DNA of 11,980 nucleotides, taken from NCBI GenBank assembly GCA_036479435.1, contig JAZGFI010000274.1:1-11980 (forward strand), given 5' to 3'. This DNA comes from Planctomycetota bacterium (lineage in GTDB: Bacteria; Planctomycetota; GCA-002687715; DRQF01). Positions 1-8,264 of this stretch are shown one piece after another. The notes below the pieces were generated by a model. That model had not been told where the DNA came from. It worked only from the letters and a program-made list of their open reading frames with translations, and searched no databases. A program made the translations under genes and the position numbers. Each line of letters begins with the position of its first letter. Positions within the stretch are counted from its first letter, which is position 1.

Positions 1-2
1 AC

Positions 3-2885
3 CTTCCCCGCCTGCAACTTTTGCATCCAGCTTGCGATGGCCGCGTCCGCGCCGACCGATTTCAACTTAGCGAGCGCATCGATGCAGGGGGCCGCCTCCG
101 CCGGATCACCGCGGCCGATGGCCTCCAATAGCAAGGGAAGGGCTAATTTTGGTTCGGCCTGCGCCAAGAGCCCGGCGGCGTGGGCGCGTAAGCGAGCTTG
201 GTCTGAACGCAGACAAAGGGCGGCGACGTCTTTGAAACGCTTAGAATTCAGATCAAACAATGCCTTCAGGGCCGTTCTTCTCAAACCCAAATCTGTGGTC
301 TTGTCGGTCGCCCAGGCGGCAAGGGTTTTAGAGGCTTGTTGCCATCCAAAGCGGCCAGCAGTTTGAGCAACGTGTTGGCGCCACTTGATCGACTTACCCT
401 GGAATAAGGCCTCGCGGTGGGGGGCCAAGGCTTTGGCGGCGTCGGCTTGGTCTCGCTTTGGACGTGGTGCGTGCATATTCAGGACGCGGTCGTTGGGGTG
501 GCTTGGCGTCCAATCGTAGAGCGCGTTGAGGGCTTCTAGACGCAAGTCTTCGTTGACATCTTGGCTCGCCGCAAAGGCCGCGAGCTTCGCGCAGTCTTCG
601 CTGCGACTGAGGAGATCCGCCGCTCCAATGACACGGCGGGCGAAGGCGGGGTTCTTCATTGCCGGTGCATCGAAGAGAGCGGCGAGAGTGGGAAGCTCGG
701 ATTGGATTGGGACATCGTAGATCGCACGGGCCGCTTCAACGACGAGGCGTTCCGAGCCATCTTTTAGAAACCAACGGACGCGAGAGTCTTTGAGGCGCCG
801 CAGGCTTAGAAGAGCTACGAGGCGTAGGGGCTCCGAGTCGGATTCAGCGAGCTCTGCGAGGCGGTCGGCGTCGCCGATGCCGCTTAAGCCCATGATGACA
901 GCGTGGCGGAGGTAAAGATCGCGATCGTCATTGCGTCGCGCTAAGGCGCTCAAGTCGTCAAAAGTCTCGGCGAGTTTGAGTTTGAGTTTGCCCGCCGCCA
1001 GGGCAGTGAAGAACTGAAGGCGTGGCGCGGCACTCTGCATTAGGGCGACCTGGATGGTCGCGAGTGCCGATTCGCCACCGCGGGCTTCGGCTAAGACTCG
1101 GGCCGCCTGGGCCGCGACCTCGGCATCGACATCGGCGAGGAGTGTGGCCAAGAACTCGGCGTGGCCGGCACTTTTTCGGGCGAGCTGGCCCAAGCCCCAG
1201 ATGGCGTGAAGGCGTTGCAACCTCGGGAGGCTCTTCTGGCTGGCGGTTTGGCGAAAGATCTCGGCCCCGGCCGGGCCCTGACTCGCCAAGGCGAACTGAG
1301 AACGTTGTCTTACTTCACGGTTGGGGTGGGCGAGCAAGTTCGTCAGACGCTCGTTCTCAAACGTCTTGAAGTCGAGCCTCAGCAAGCTCGCCGCCTCTTT
1401 GGCCGCGGGTTCCGCGAGCGCTTCTTCTGAAGCCAACCGGTAGATCCGACCTTTGCCGCAACCCGCCCAAGTCGCGACCCAGTCGCACATGTAAAGGGCC
1501 CCGTCGGGACCAAAGGCGATGTCGGTCGGCAAGGTGCCCTTCAAAAACCAATCGTCGGCCACGAAACTGAATCCGGCCCCGTTCTCCTTCAAGCGAAAAG
1601 AGCGGATGCCGCTCCCGCTCGCGCCGCCCAAAAAGTCACAAAGGAAAAAGCAGCCGCGGTACTTAGTTGGCATGCCGGTGCCGCGATCAAACTCGAGCCC
1701 CGACGGCCCATGACCGAGGTGTGCGATCGGCGGGATGAGGAACAAGCCTTCGTTTTTGTCGCGGGTCTGCCACCAGCCTTCCCTTACCCAGGGGCCGCGG
1801 CGGGGTTTGTACTGAAAGTTCATGCGCCAGCCGGTGATACCGCCCTCGACGACGTAGACCAGGCGAGCTTTGTCGTCGCTGTCGCTGTTGTTGTCACAGG
1901 TGATGAGGTTGCCGAAATCGTCAAAGACGAGGTCTTGAGGGTTTCGAAGTCCGGTGGCGAAGATCTCTAGCTGACTGCCGTCTGGCTCGCAGCGAAAAAC
2001 GGCGCCCGACCCGGGGTCGAAAAATTTCTTACCTTCCGCCGAGACGAAGTTGTAGCCGCGGTCGCCAATCGAAAAGTAGACGCGACCGCAAGGCCCGCGG
2101 CGAAGGCCGTGGAGGTCGTGACCGAAAAGGGCGTAGCGGACGCCGAAGCCGTTTTGGATTGAGCGTTTTTTCTCGGCGATGCCGTCGCCGTCGGCGTCCT
2201 CCAATTCCCAAAGGTGGGGAATGTTGGTGAACCAGACTTTGTCGTCGACCACCAAGACGTCGGTGCCGGGGCCGTCCACGATGGCGTTGAAACCGGTCGC
2301 AAACACGGTGTCTTTGTCTACGATGCCGTCGCCGTCGCTGTCGACGAGCTGGCGGACGCGATCAGAGCCCCATTGGAACTTCTCGGCGTACTCCGGGTGG
2401 TGTTTTAGGACGTAGCGTTCACGATCGGCGACGGATTGGGCGGCGACGTCGTCGTTTTCCCAGTAGGTGTGGTCGCGGTTGTCTTCGCCGCCGCCGTCGA
2501 CGCGTCGAAAGCACTCGGCAATGTAAAAGCGGCCGAAGCGATCAATGGCCATGCCGACGGGATTCGCGAGTCGGGGTTCGGCCGCGACGAGTTTGACTTT
2601 GATGTTGCGATCGACCTTGAATCCCGCGATGGCCTTTTCGCCCTCGTCGGACGCGGGTTCAATCCAGGGCACCCAGGCTTTGCGACGGTCACGGCCATCT
2701 TCCCTAAGGTAGCTCTTGTTTGCGCTTGGAGTAGATATCTTAGTAGAGGCTTTGGCAACATTCGAATTTGTCTGGCTGGCCGTTGGCGCAACCCGTTGGG
2801 CGGGTTCACAAGCGGTCCCAAACAGCAGTGAGCCCAGCCAAGTGCAGGCCCAAAGGAAAGCAGTATTGGAAGGGGCGCTGAACAT
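3..2885 (-). CDS. PVC-type membrane-bound dehydrogenase domain protein (beta-propeller plus HEAT-like repeats; family usually ends in a CxxCH cytochrome c domain), probable lipoprotein, 3' end outside the window
   Basis: Hand translation from ATG 2885 (GAGGA upstream): MFSAPSNTAFLWACTWLGSLLFGTAC (lipobox-like)...KLVAAEPRLANPVGMAIDRFGRFYIAE...DSDGDGIVDK...DADGDGIAEK...GHDLHGLRRGPCGRVYFSIGDRG...GLRNPQDLVFDDFGNLITCDNNSD...GPSG...PTDIAFGPDGALYMCDW, then Ala/Leu-rich helical repeats. The same frame reads ...ADAAIASWMQKLQAGK at the window edge. The ORF track lists no closed ORF in this frame, consistent with no internal stop. CxxCH itself is not visible. Confidence 0.9.
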   Translation of the reverse strand, partial: MFSAPSNTAFLWACTWLGSLLFGTACEPAQRVAPTASQTNSNVAKASTKISTPSANKSYLREDGRDRRKAWVPWIEPASDEGEKAIAGFKVDRNIKVKLVAAEPRLANPVGMAIDRFGRFYIAECFRRVDGGGEDNRDHTYWENDDVAAQSVADRERYVLKHHPEYAEKFQWGSDRVRQLVDSDGDGIVDKDTVFATGFNAIVDGPGTDVLVVDDKVWFTNIPHLWELEDADGDGIAEKKRSIQNGFGVRYALFGHDLHGLRRGPCGRVYFSIGDRGYNFVSAEGKKFFDPGSGAVFRCEPDGSQLEIFATGLRNPQDLVFDDFGNLITCDNNSDSDDKARLVYVVEGGITGWRMNFQYKPRRGPWVREGWWQTRDKNEGLFLIPPIAHLGHGPSGLEFDRGTGMPTKYRGCFFLCDFLGGASGSGIRSFRLKENGAGFSFVADDWFLKGTLPTDIAFGPDGALYMCDWVATWAGCGKGRIYRLASEEALAEPAAKEAASLLRLDFKTFENERLTNLLAHPNREVRQRSQFALASQGPAGAEIFRQTASQKSLPRLQRLHAIWGLGQLARKSAGHAEFLATLLADVDAEVAAQAARVLAEARGGESALATIQVALMQSAAPRLQFFTALAAGKLKLKLAETFDDLSALARRNDDRDLYLRHAVIMGLSGIGDADRLAELAESDSEPLRLVALLSLRRLKDSRVRWFLKDGSERLVVEAARAIYDVPIQSELPTLAALFDAPAMKNPAFARRVIGAADLLSRSEDCAKLAAFAASQDVNEDLRLEALNALYDWTPSHPNDRVLNMHAPRPKRDQADAAKALAPHREALFQGKSIKWRQHVAQTAGRFGWQQASKTLAAWATDKTTDLGLRRTALKALFDLNSKRFKDVAALCLRSDQARLRAHAAGLLAQAEPKLALPLLLEAIGRGDPAEAAPCIDALAKLKSVGADAAIASWMQKLQAGK

Positions 2886-2992
2886 GTCGATCCTCGTTGA
2901 GCGGCGGCTGGAGCTTGCGCTGGATTATGACCGATGCGACTCCCGCGTCAACGCGGGGCGAACGCTAGTGCGTGGGAACAGGAGTGAACGAA

Positions 2993-4010
2993 ATGCCCCT
3001 TGAACGCCATCTTTATCTGGGTGTCGATTTGGGGACCCAGGGGCTGAAAGCGGTCGTCTTTGATGCCCAGATCAAAGAAGTCATCGCCGATGCCCGTGCT
3101 CCCTACAGGTTACTTGAGTCCCAAGATCCTCGCGTGGCCGAGCAATGGCCCTCGAGCTGGGGAAATGCCCTTCGTGATGTGATGCGCGATCTCTTCGCGG
3201 TGCCGGGCGTCGAAGGTAGTCATTGCGCAAGGATTGCCGTGTCGGGTCAACAGCACGGCTTTGTGCCTTTGGACTCAAAGGGGGAGGTCATCCGACCCGC
3301 GAAACTTTGCTGCGACACGGCGAGCGGCGCGGAAGCGGAGGAGCTGATTAGCGGTGGGGGAGGTACCTTCCCGTCGGGTACACGGCTTCGAAAATCTTGT
3401 GGATGAAGCGTCACGAACTCGAGAACTTTCGCCTTTTGCATCAAGTGCTGCTGCCGCATGACTGCTTGAATCAAGAGTGCTACGGGATTCCCGAGGGCCT
3501 ACGCGCCGCGACCGGCGGTGGCAACAACATGATGGCGGCGATCGGCGCGGGGGCCACGCGAGGCGGCGTGGCGGTGCTGAGTTTGAGGACTTCGGGCACG
3601 ATCTTCGCCCGGCGCGATCGACCCTGTGAGGATTCGTGGGGGCTGATCGCGGACTTTATTGATGCAACGGGGGCTTGGTTGTCACTTTGTTGTGTGATGA
3701 ACGCGACTTCAGTCAGTGAAACCCTGGGAGCCTTGCTTCAATCGCAGGCCGAGGCGCATCAAGTGGTGGACCCTGCGTCCTTGGCCGAGGTCGCCTCGCG
3801 GGTCGAGCCGGGTAGCGAAGGACTGCTCTTGATGTCTTTTTTGCGCGGCGAGGATCTGAGTTGAGTTGCGACGCCTACGCGCAGTTGGCGGTCAAGATCG
3901 CCGCCGATTGCGTCGAGATCGACGAGGGACGCGCACGACAATACGCACCGCTCCGCGACCGCTACGCACGGGCTCTCGATGAACTCTATTTTGGCGTCGA
4001 GCCTTTTTGA
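2993..4010 (+). pseudogene. xylB: Degraded xylulokinase (FGGY carbohydrate kinase)
   Basis: AGGAG RBS and ATG 2993. Motifs YLGVDLGTQGLK, VSGQQHG, RPAKLCCDT (family KLWCDT). One-base frameshift near 3377-3379 restores GYTASKILWMKRHE. LLPHDCLN is joined almost directly to GIPEG..GGGNNMM (internal deletion; family GGGDN). SLRTSGT (family SLGTSGT). Premature TGA at 3862-3864. Probable residual C-terminal pieces in other frames (VELRRLRAVGG 3860-3892; VKIAADCVEIDE...RYARALDELY...TGA 3891-4010), so the 3' boundary is less certain. Confidence 0.85.
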
Positions 4011-5053
4011 CGGTTGGCGACCGCGAGGGTACGAGGCCAACTCGATACCAAGGGTTGGCCCAAGACGGTGGGCCATCCTGCTTTGGGGTGGGCCTTGATC
4101 TTTTTCAGCAGGGCTTGCTGCCGCGGCGACAAGATGTCGTAGCTGCGGGGATCGGAGACCTTGCCATTGAGTTTTGCGGCCTGAGCTTCGGTCATCGGAA
4201 GTTTCGCGAGCGGCGTTCTTGAGGCGTAGTACTTGCTGTCTTTGACGCGCCGGACTTGCATTTTGTTTCCAGCGTGAAGCTGCTTGCCGAAGTACTTGGC
4301 CGCGACTTTTCTTTCGGCCGTTGAGCCGGGAAAGGCTCGATCGGCGCAGCGTTTGTTTTTCGATTCGCGTGCGAGAGTCTCGTAGTTGACGACCTTAGGG
4401 TCGTAGCGCATGACCACGACTTCGTGGCTTCCGAGCCAACCCGAGTAGGTGTTGACGACACCCTTAATGAGACCGAACCCGGCCTCGCCTACCCAATATC
4501 AGCTCATCCCAAAAATGGCGGTATCCACGCCGCGCTTGAGGGTAGCCGCTTCGGCGGCGGTGAACTGGAACCACTTTGGAATGGTTCGGTCGCTCTTTTT
4601 GAGCGCGGCTTGCATCGTGGACCAAAGGCCGGCGCGGCTGAAGTCCTTGCTGTGACGAGGGACGAGGTCTTGGCCGTTTTGGTCGACGATGCGGATGACC
4701 GGGTAATTCCAGGTCGGTTCTTTGAAGCTCTTCAGAACCTGCGCATCGTGGCCGCCGCTGACGTTGTTGTAGATGCAGGCCGGAGTAAACAAAGACTCGG
4801 CGGCCTCGACGATGAGAGGGTGACTCAAAACTTGAGTCCCGTAATCACCGCATGTCTTTCAGCCGGGGACCTCTTGGAAGAGGAGCAAGATCGGCTTGCC
4901 GGTTTGGGCGGAGACCTTTTTGGCCTCTTCGAAGTTACGCAACCATTTGACCTGGCCGAGTTCTTTGGGCTGGGTTTTGCTTTGCGCGTCACCGGGTATG
5001 GCGCAAGAACCGATGGCCACAATCGCAAAAGCGAAAATGATGAGTTGCTTCAT
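3986..5053 (-). CDS. Exported thioredoxin-like plus MsrA-like selenoprotein with two Sec residues (U65, U185), 355 aa; resembles the VPGUxxT-family thioredoxin-like (seleno)proteins
   Basis: Track ORFs 4859-5053, 4499-4828 and 3986-4417 share one frame. The gaps translate without other stops: LLFQEVPG-TGA(4861-4859)-KTCGDYGTQVLSHP and DTAIFGMS-TGA(4501-4499)-YWVGEAGFGLIKGVVNTYSGWLGSHEVVVMRYDP. The real stop is TAG at 3988-3986. N-terminal signal peptide with possible lipobox (IVAIGSC17). Confidence 0.9.
4469..4486 (-). promoter_or_regulatory. Putative bacterial SECIS element for the second UGA (U185)
   Basis: mRNA GAGGCCG-GGUU-CGGUCUC: 7-bp stem with one G-U pair and a G-led loop. The stem starts 12 nt and the loop 19 nt after the UGA. 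Confidence 0.75.
4819..4840 (-). promoter_or_regulatory. Putative bacterial SECIS element for the first UGA (U65)
   Basis: mRNA GG-GACUCAA-GUU-UUGAGUC-A-CC: perfect 7-bp stem extendable over a bulged A. The loop starts with G and begins 27 nt after the UGA, fitting the bacterial SECIS model (G at the loop start, loop about 16-37 nt from UGA). Confidence 0.75.
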
Positions 5054-5205
5054 GTCGTCTGCGTGGCTCCCATCGCGAGTCTTGGAGTCGAAGGCGCCCC
5101 CGGTGATGAAGCCTTAGTGTGCCTTATTGGCGCAGCGTCCTCAATTCCGTCTCCGATGGGCGATCTGGTAGGATCAGCGCTCTTAGAGTTGATGCGAGAA
5201 CCGTC

Positions 5206-6492
5206 ATGACGCCGAACAATCCCGAACTATTGACTCCAGCCTCGCGCCGGGGATTTCTTAAGACCGGCGCCTTGTTGTCCGGTGCCGCCCTCAGCCTGCC
5301 GCTGGGGATATCCGGGGCTTTCGCTCGCGGGTCGGACACCCTAAGGATCGGGCTGGTTGGTTGCGGCGGTCGCGGAACGGGAGCCGCGAATGATTGCATG
5401 ACGGCTGATCCCGGGATCAAGCTCGTCGCGATGGGAGATGTCTTCCGAGACCGTCTCGACGCAAGCCGCAAGCACCTATCTTCCATCAATGCGAGTCAGG
5501 TCGACGTGGCCGATGACAAGTGCTTTGTGGGCTTTGATGCCTACCAAAAGGTCATTGCCTGCGATGTCGACTTAGTCTTGTTCGCAACCCCGCCGGCTTT
5601 CCGCTCCTTGCACCTCGAAGCCGCAATCGAAGCGGGCAAGCATGTGTTTGCAGAAAAGCCTGTAGCGGTTGACCCGGTGACGGCGCGCCGCGTCATGAAG
5701 GCGGCGATTCGGGCGAAGGAGCAAAACCTCTCGATCGTTTCGGGTACTCAGCGACGGCACGAGAGCAGTTATCTTGAGACGATGAAACGCATCGAAGACG
5801 GTGCGATCGGCGATGTCGTTTCGGCGCAGTGCTACTGGAATCAAGGCGGGTTGTGGTGTCACGAGCGAAAATCGCACTACTCCGACGTTGAGTGGCAGAT
5901 CCGAAACTGGCTTTACTTCGCCTGGCTGTCAGGGGATCACATCGTCGAGCAGCACATTCACAACATTGATGTCGTCAACTGGGCGATGGGCGGGCCACCC
6001 GAAAAAGCGATCGGACTCGGTGGTCGTCAGGTTCGGACCGACCCCAAATACGGCCACATCTTCGACCACTTCGCGATCGAGTACCAGTACGAAAGCGGCG
6101 CCCGTGCGCACAGCTATTGCCGTCAGCAAGATGGCGCCAAGGGCGAGGTTTCTGAACGCCTCGTTGGCACCAAGGGGACTTCAAATCCGAACGGCGCGAT
6201 CTACGGGGCCCAGGCCTGGAAGTTCTCGCGCAAAAAGCGCAACAACCCCTACGTCCAAGAACACATCGATTTGATAGCGGGCATTCGCGAGGGCAATCCG
6301 CTCAACGAAGGCCAACGTGTGGCCGAGTCCACCCTCACGGCGATCATGGGTCGCATCGCCGCTTACACCGGCAAACAAGTCACCTGGGAGCACATGACCC
6401 AAAGCAAACTCTCCCTCGTCCCCGACCTCACCCAGTTCGGCGACCTCCCCGTTCCCGCCATCCCTATGCCCGGAAAAACCCCCCTCGAATAG
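5206..6492 (+). CDS. Tat-exported Gfo/Idh/MocA family oxidoreductase (428 aa)
   Basis: Twin-arginine signal SRRGFLK, Rossmann motif IGLVGCGGRGTGA, ATPPAFR, GKHVFAEKPVAVD, GTQRRH, WLSGDHIVEQHIHNID. ATG 5206 is preferred over the track start 5119 because it places the Tat motif near the N-terminus. Confidence 0.93.
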   Translation: MTPNNPELLTPASRRGFLKTGALLSGAALSLPLGISGAFARGSDTLRIGLVGCGGRGTGAANDCMTADPGIKLVAMGDVFRDRLDASRKHLSSINASQVDVADDKCFVGFDAYQKVIACDVDLVLFATPPAFRSLHLEAAIEAGKHVFAEKPVAVDPVTARRVMKAAIRAKEQNLSIVSGTQRRHESSYLETMKRIEDGAIGDVVSAQCYWNQGGLWCHERKSHYSDVEWQIRNWLYFAWLSGDHIVEQHIHNIDVVNWAMGGPPEKAIGLGGRQVRTDPKYGHIFDHFAIEYQYESGARAHSYCRQQDGAKGEVSERLVGTKGTSNPNGAIYGAQAWKFSRKKRNNPYVQEHIDLIAGIREGNPLNEGQRVAESTLTAIMGRIAAYTGKQVTWEHMTQSKLSLVPDLTQFGDLPVPAIPMPGKTPLE

Positions 6493-6532
6493 TCAAACCC
6501 GCAAGGTTCGCGTCAGACGATTTTCACTACCC

Positions 6533-6584
6533 TCTCCTCCATAGATGACCGTCGCAAGCTCGCTGGGGAGGGCGGTGGAGGAGA
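6533..6584. terminator. Inverted repeat between convergent genes, possible bidirectional terminator
   Basis: TCTCCTCCA (6533-6541) and TGGAGGAGA (6576-6584) are perfect 9-bp arms lying between the stops at 6492 (+) and 6620 (-). Large loop and no clear U-tract. Confidence 0.35.
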
Positions 6585-6619
6585 CGTCAAGGTGAGTGAG
6601 TCAGGCCGTCGTGCTGTTT

Positions 6620-7255
6620 TTACCAGACGCTTGAATTTCGCCGCAGGCAAATACTGCCGTAGTATTGGCGATGGTTGTTGATTCCGACGATGGTGAGATC
6701 GGGGTTTGAGGCGAGGAGTTCGTGCACCGCTTGAATGACTCCCTCGTGTCCGGAGTCGTAGTCGTCCGCGACGATGATGCCGCCGGGGGCGAGGTGGGGG
6801 AGATAACGCGCGAAGTCTTTTTTTACGGCTTCGTAGGAGTGATCTCCGTCAACGTGAAGCATCGCGAGTGGGCCTTGCCAACTAAACGCCTGTGAATCGG
6901 TCCGAACCGTGCGGATGAAAGAGCCGAGACCGTAGTCTTCGAATCTCCGAGTGGCTTCCTCCAGCGTATCGAAAGTCTGGCCCCAAGATGGGGTCCCGGT
7001 GAACAGGTCGATCGTCGTGATCTCTTCGAAGCCCTTGTCGCGGCAAGCCATCGCCAAGAACACGGTTGAGCAGCCCTTGAAGCACCCGATCTCCAGTACG
7101 GAACCGAGGCGCGGGTCGGCATAGGCCAGCGCCGATTCGTAGAGGAATTTCATGCGGACTGCGTCCTGCATGTCATCCATTGAAGGCAGTTCAAAATCGA
7201 GAGCATCTCTTATGGACGCCAAATCTGCCGCTGGGTCGGAATGGATCGTGTTCAT
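6620..7255 (-). CDS. Class I SAM-dependent methyltransferase (Methyltransf_24-like), 211 aa
   Basis: VLEIGCFKGCST, TIDLFTG, MLHVDGDHSYEAVKKD, LAPGGIIVADDY. GGAGGG RBS precedes ATG 7255. Confidence 0.88.
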   Translation of the reverse strand: MNTIHSDPAADLASIRDALDFELPSMDDMQDAVRMKFLYESALAYADPRLGSVLEIGCFKGCSTVFLAMACRDKGFEEITTIDLFTGTPSWGQTFDTLEEATRRFEDYGLGSFIRTVRTDSQAFSWQGPLAMLHVDGDHSYEAVKKDFARYLPHLAPGGIIVADDYDSGHEGVIQAVHELLASNPDLTIVGINNHRQYYGSICLRRNSSVW

Positions 7256-7394
7256 GCTCAAAAGTCCCTCCGAGGTCGTTATCGACCAAGAATCTGGCAA
7301 AAGCTGAGCATCCTTGCTTCGGATTGAGAATACTGCCGGTGGCTCGGGATTGATCGTCACGGGTTGCGACAATCGAGGTCAAGCAAGGAACATC

Positions 7395-8240
7395 ATGGCC
7401 GACACGCTGGAAGTGGGCATCTCCACCTGCCCTAACGACACATTCGCCTTTTGCGGTCTGCTGAATGGCGCCATTACGGTGCCGGGTGTCGAGTTGAGCT
7501 TCGAATTGATGGACGTCCAGGCTCTGAACGAGGCGATGCGGGCGGGGCGCTTTGATCTGGTGAAGGCGAGTTTTGCGGCGGCGCTTCCCTGCGCTGCGGA
7601 CTACTACGTCATGCCCACCGGAGCGGCTTTGGGCCACGGAGTGGGGCCGGTGCTCTTGTCGCGAGCAAGGGGTGACGGCCAGGAGCTGCCGCCGTTAAGT
7701 GCCGCTCGAATCTTGGTCCCAGGAGCGGGAACTACCGCGGCCTTTTTACTTCGCCTCTTTCACCCGGAAGCAACGCCTGCAGATTCCGTCGTTTTCTCAG
7801 AGATCTTGCCAGCCTTGCAGAACGCTGAGACTGACTATGGAGTCTGCATTCACGAGGGCCGATTCACCTACAAAGCGCTTGGCTTGAGTTTGATCGAGGA
7901 TTTAGGGGAGAGCTGGCGGCAGCGAACAGGACTGCCTCTGCCTTTGGGTGGGATTTTTGGCCGGAACTCGATCGATGTCGAGCTCCTGCGTGCCTTCGGC
8001 CGAGCCCTCAAAGAATCTATCGACTACGCTCGATCCCATCCAGTTGAGGCCGAAACGATGATGTCGGCGCAGGCCCAAGAATTGGACCCGCCGGCGCTTT
8101 GGAAACACGTTGAGCTTTATGTCAATGAGAACACGCGCGACCTCGGCCGCTCAGGACGTCATGCCCTGCAGGTATTTGCCACCGAAGCGCAGTCCGATGC
8201 CTTGCTGACGGCACCAGGGCCATTCCAGTTTCTGGATTAA
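7395..8240 (+). CDS. mqnD: 1,4-dihydroxy-6-naphthoate synthase (futalosine menaquinone pathway)
   Basis: GISTCPNDTFAF, DVQALNE, GAALGHGVGP, PGAGTTA, CIHEGRFTY, DLGESW..TGLPLPLGG, HVELYVNE. AAGGAA RBS before ATG 7395. Confidence 0.93.
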   Translation: MADTLEVGISTCPNDTFAFCGLLNGAITVPGVELSFELMDVQALNEAMRAGRFDLVKASFAAALPCAADYYVMPTGAALGHGVGPVLLSRARGDGQELPPLSAARILVPGAGTTAAFLLRLFHPEATPADSVVFSEILPALQNAETDYGVCIHEGRFTYKALGLSLIEDLGESWRQRTGLPLPLGGIFGRNSIDVELLRAFGRALKESIDYARSHPVEAETMMSAQAQELDPPALWKHVELYVNENTRDLGRSGRHALQVFATEAQSDALLTAPGPFQFLD

Positions 8241-8264
8241 GACCACCTATAGTGGCAGGACCAC

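Noticed and set aside
972..990. GAGTTT x3 short tandem repeat
   Set aside because: Lies inside the coding region (Lys-Leu repeats) and is too short to be meaningful.
37..3003. Many short ORFs on both strands listed in the track
   Set aside because: Shadows or off-frame products of the long minus-strand dehydrogenase-domain gene.
3862..3864. TGA in xylB as a possible Sec codon
   Set aside because: Not a Cys position, the same frame downstream is not XylB-like, and the gene has other lesions.
3986..5053. Alternative genetic code (UGA = Trp or Gly) as the explanation for the in-frame TGAs
   Set aside because: The other long genes contain no in-frame TGA and use TGG for Trp. The two TGAs fall only at catalytic Cys positions and are followed by hairpins.
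3986..5053. Pseudogene with two nonsense mutations
   Set aside because: No frameshifts or visible motif decay around the stops. Both stops are TGA at redox-active sites with SECIS-like structures.
4424..5209. 261-aa plus-strand ORF
   Set aside because: Antisense shadow of the selenoprotein gene with no recognisable motifs.
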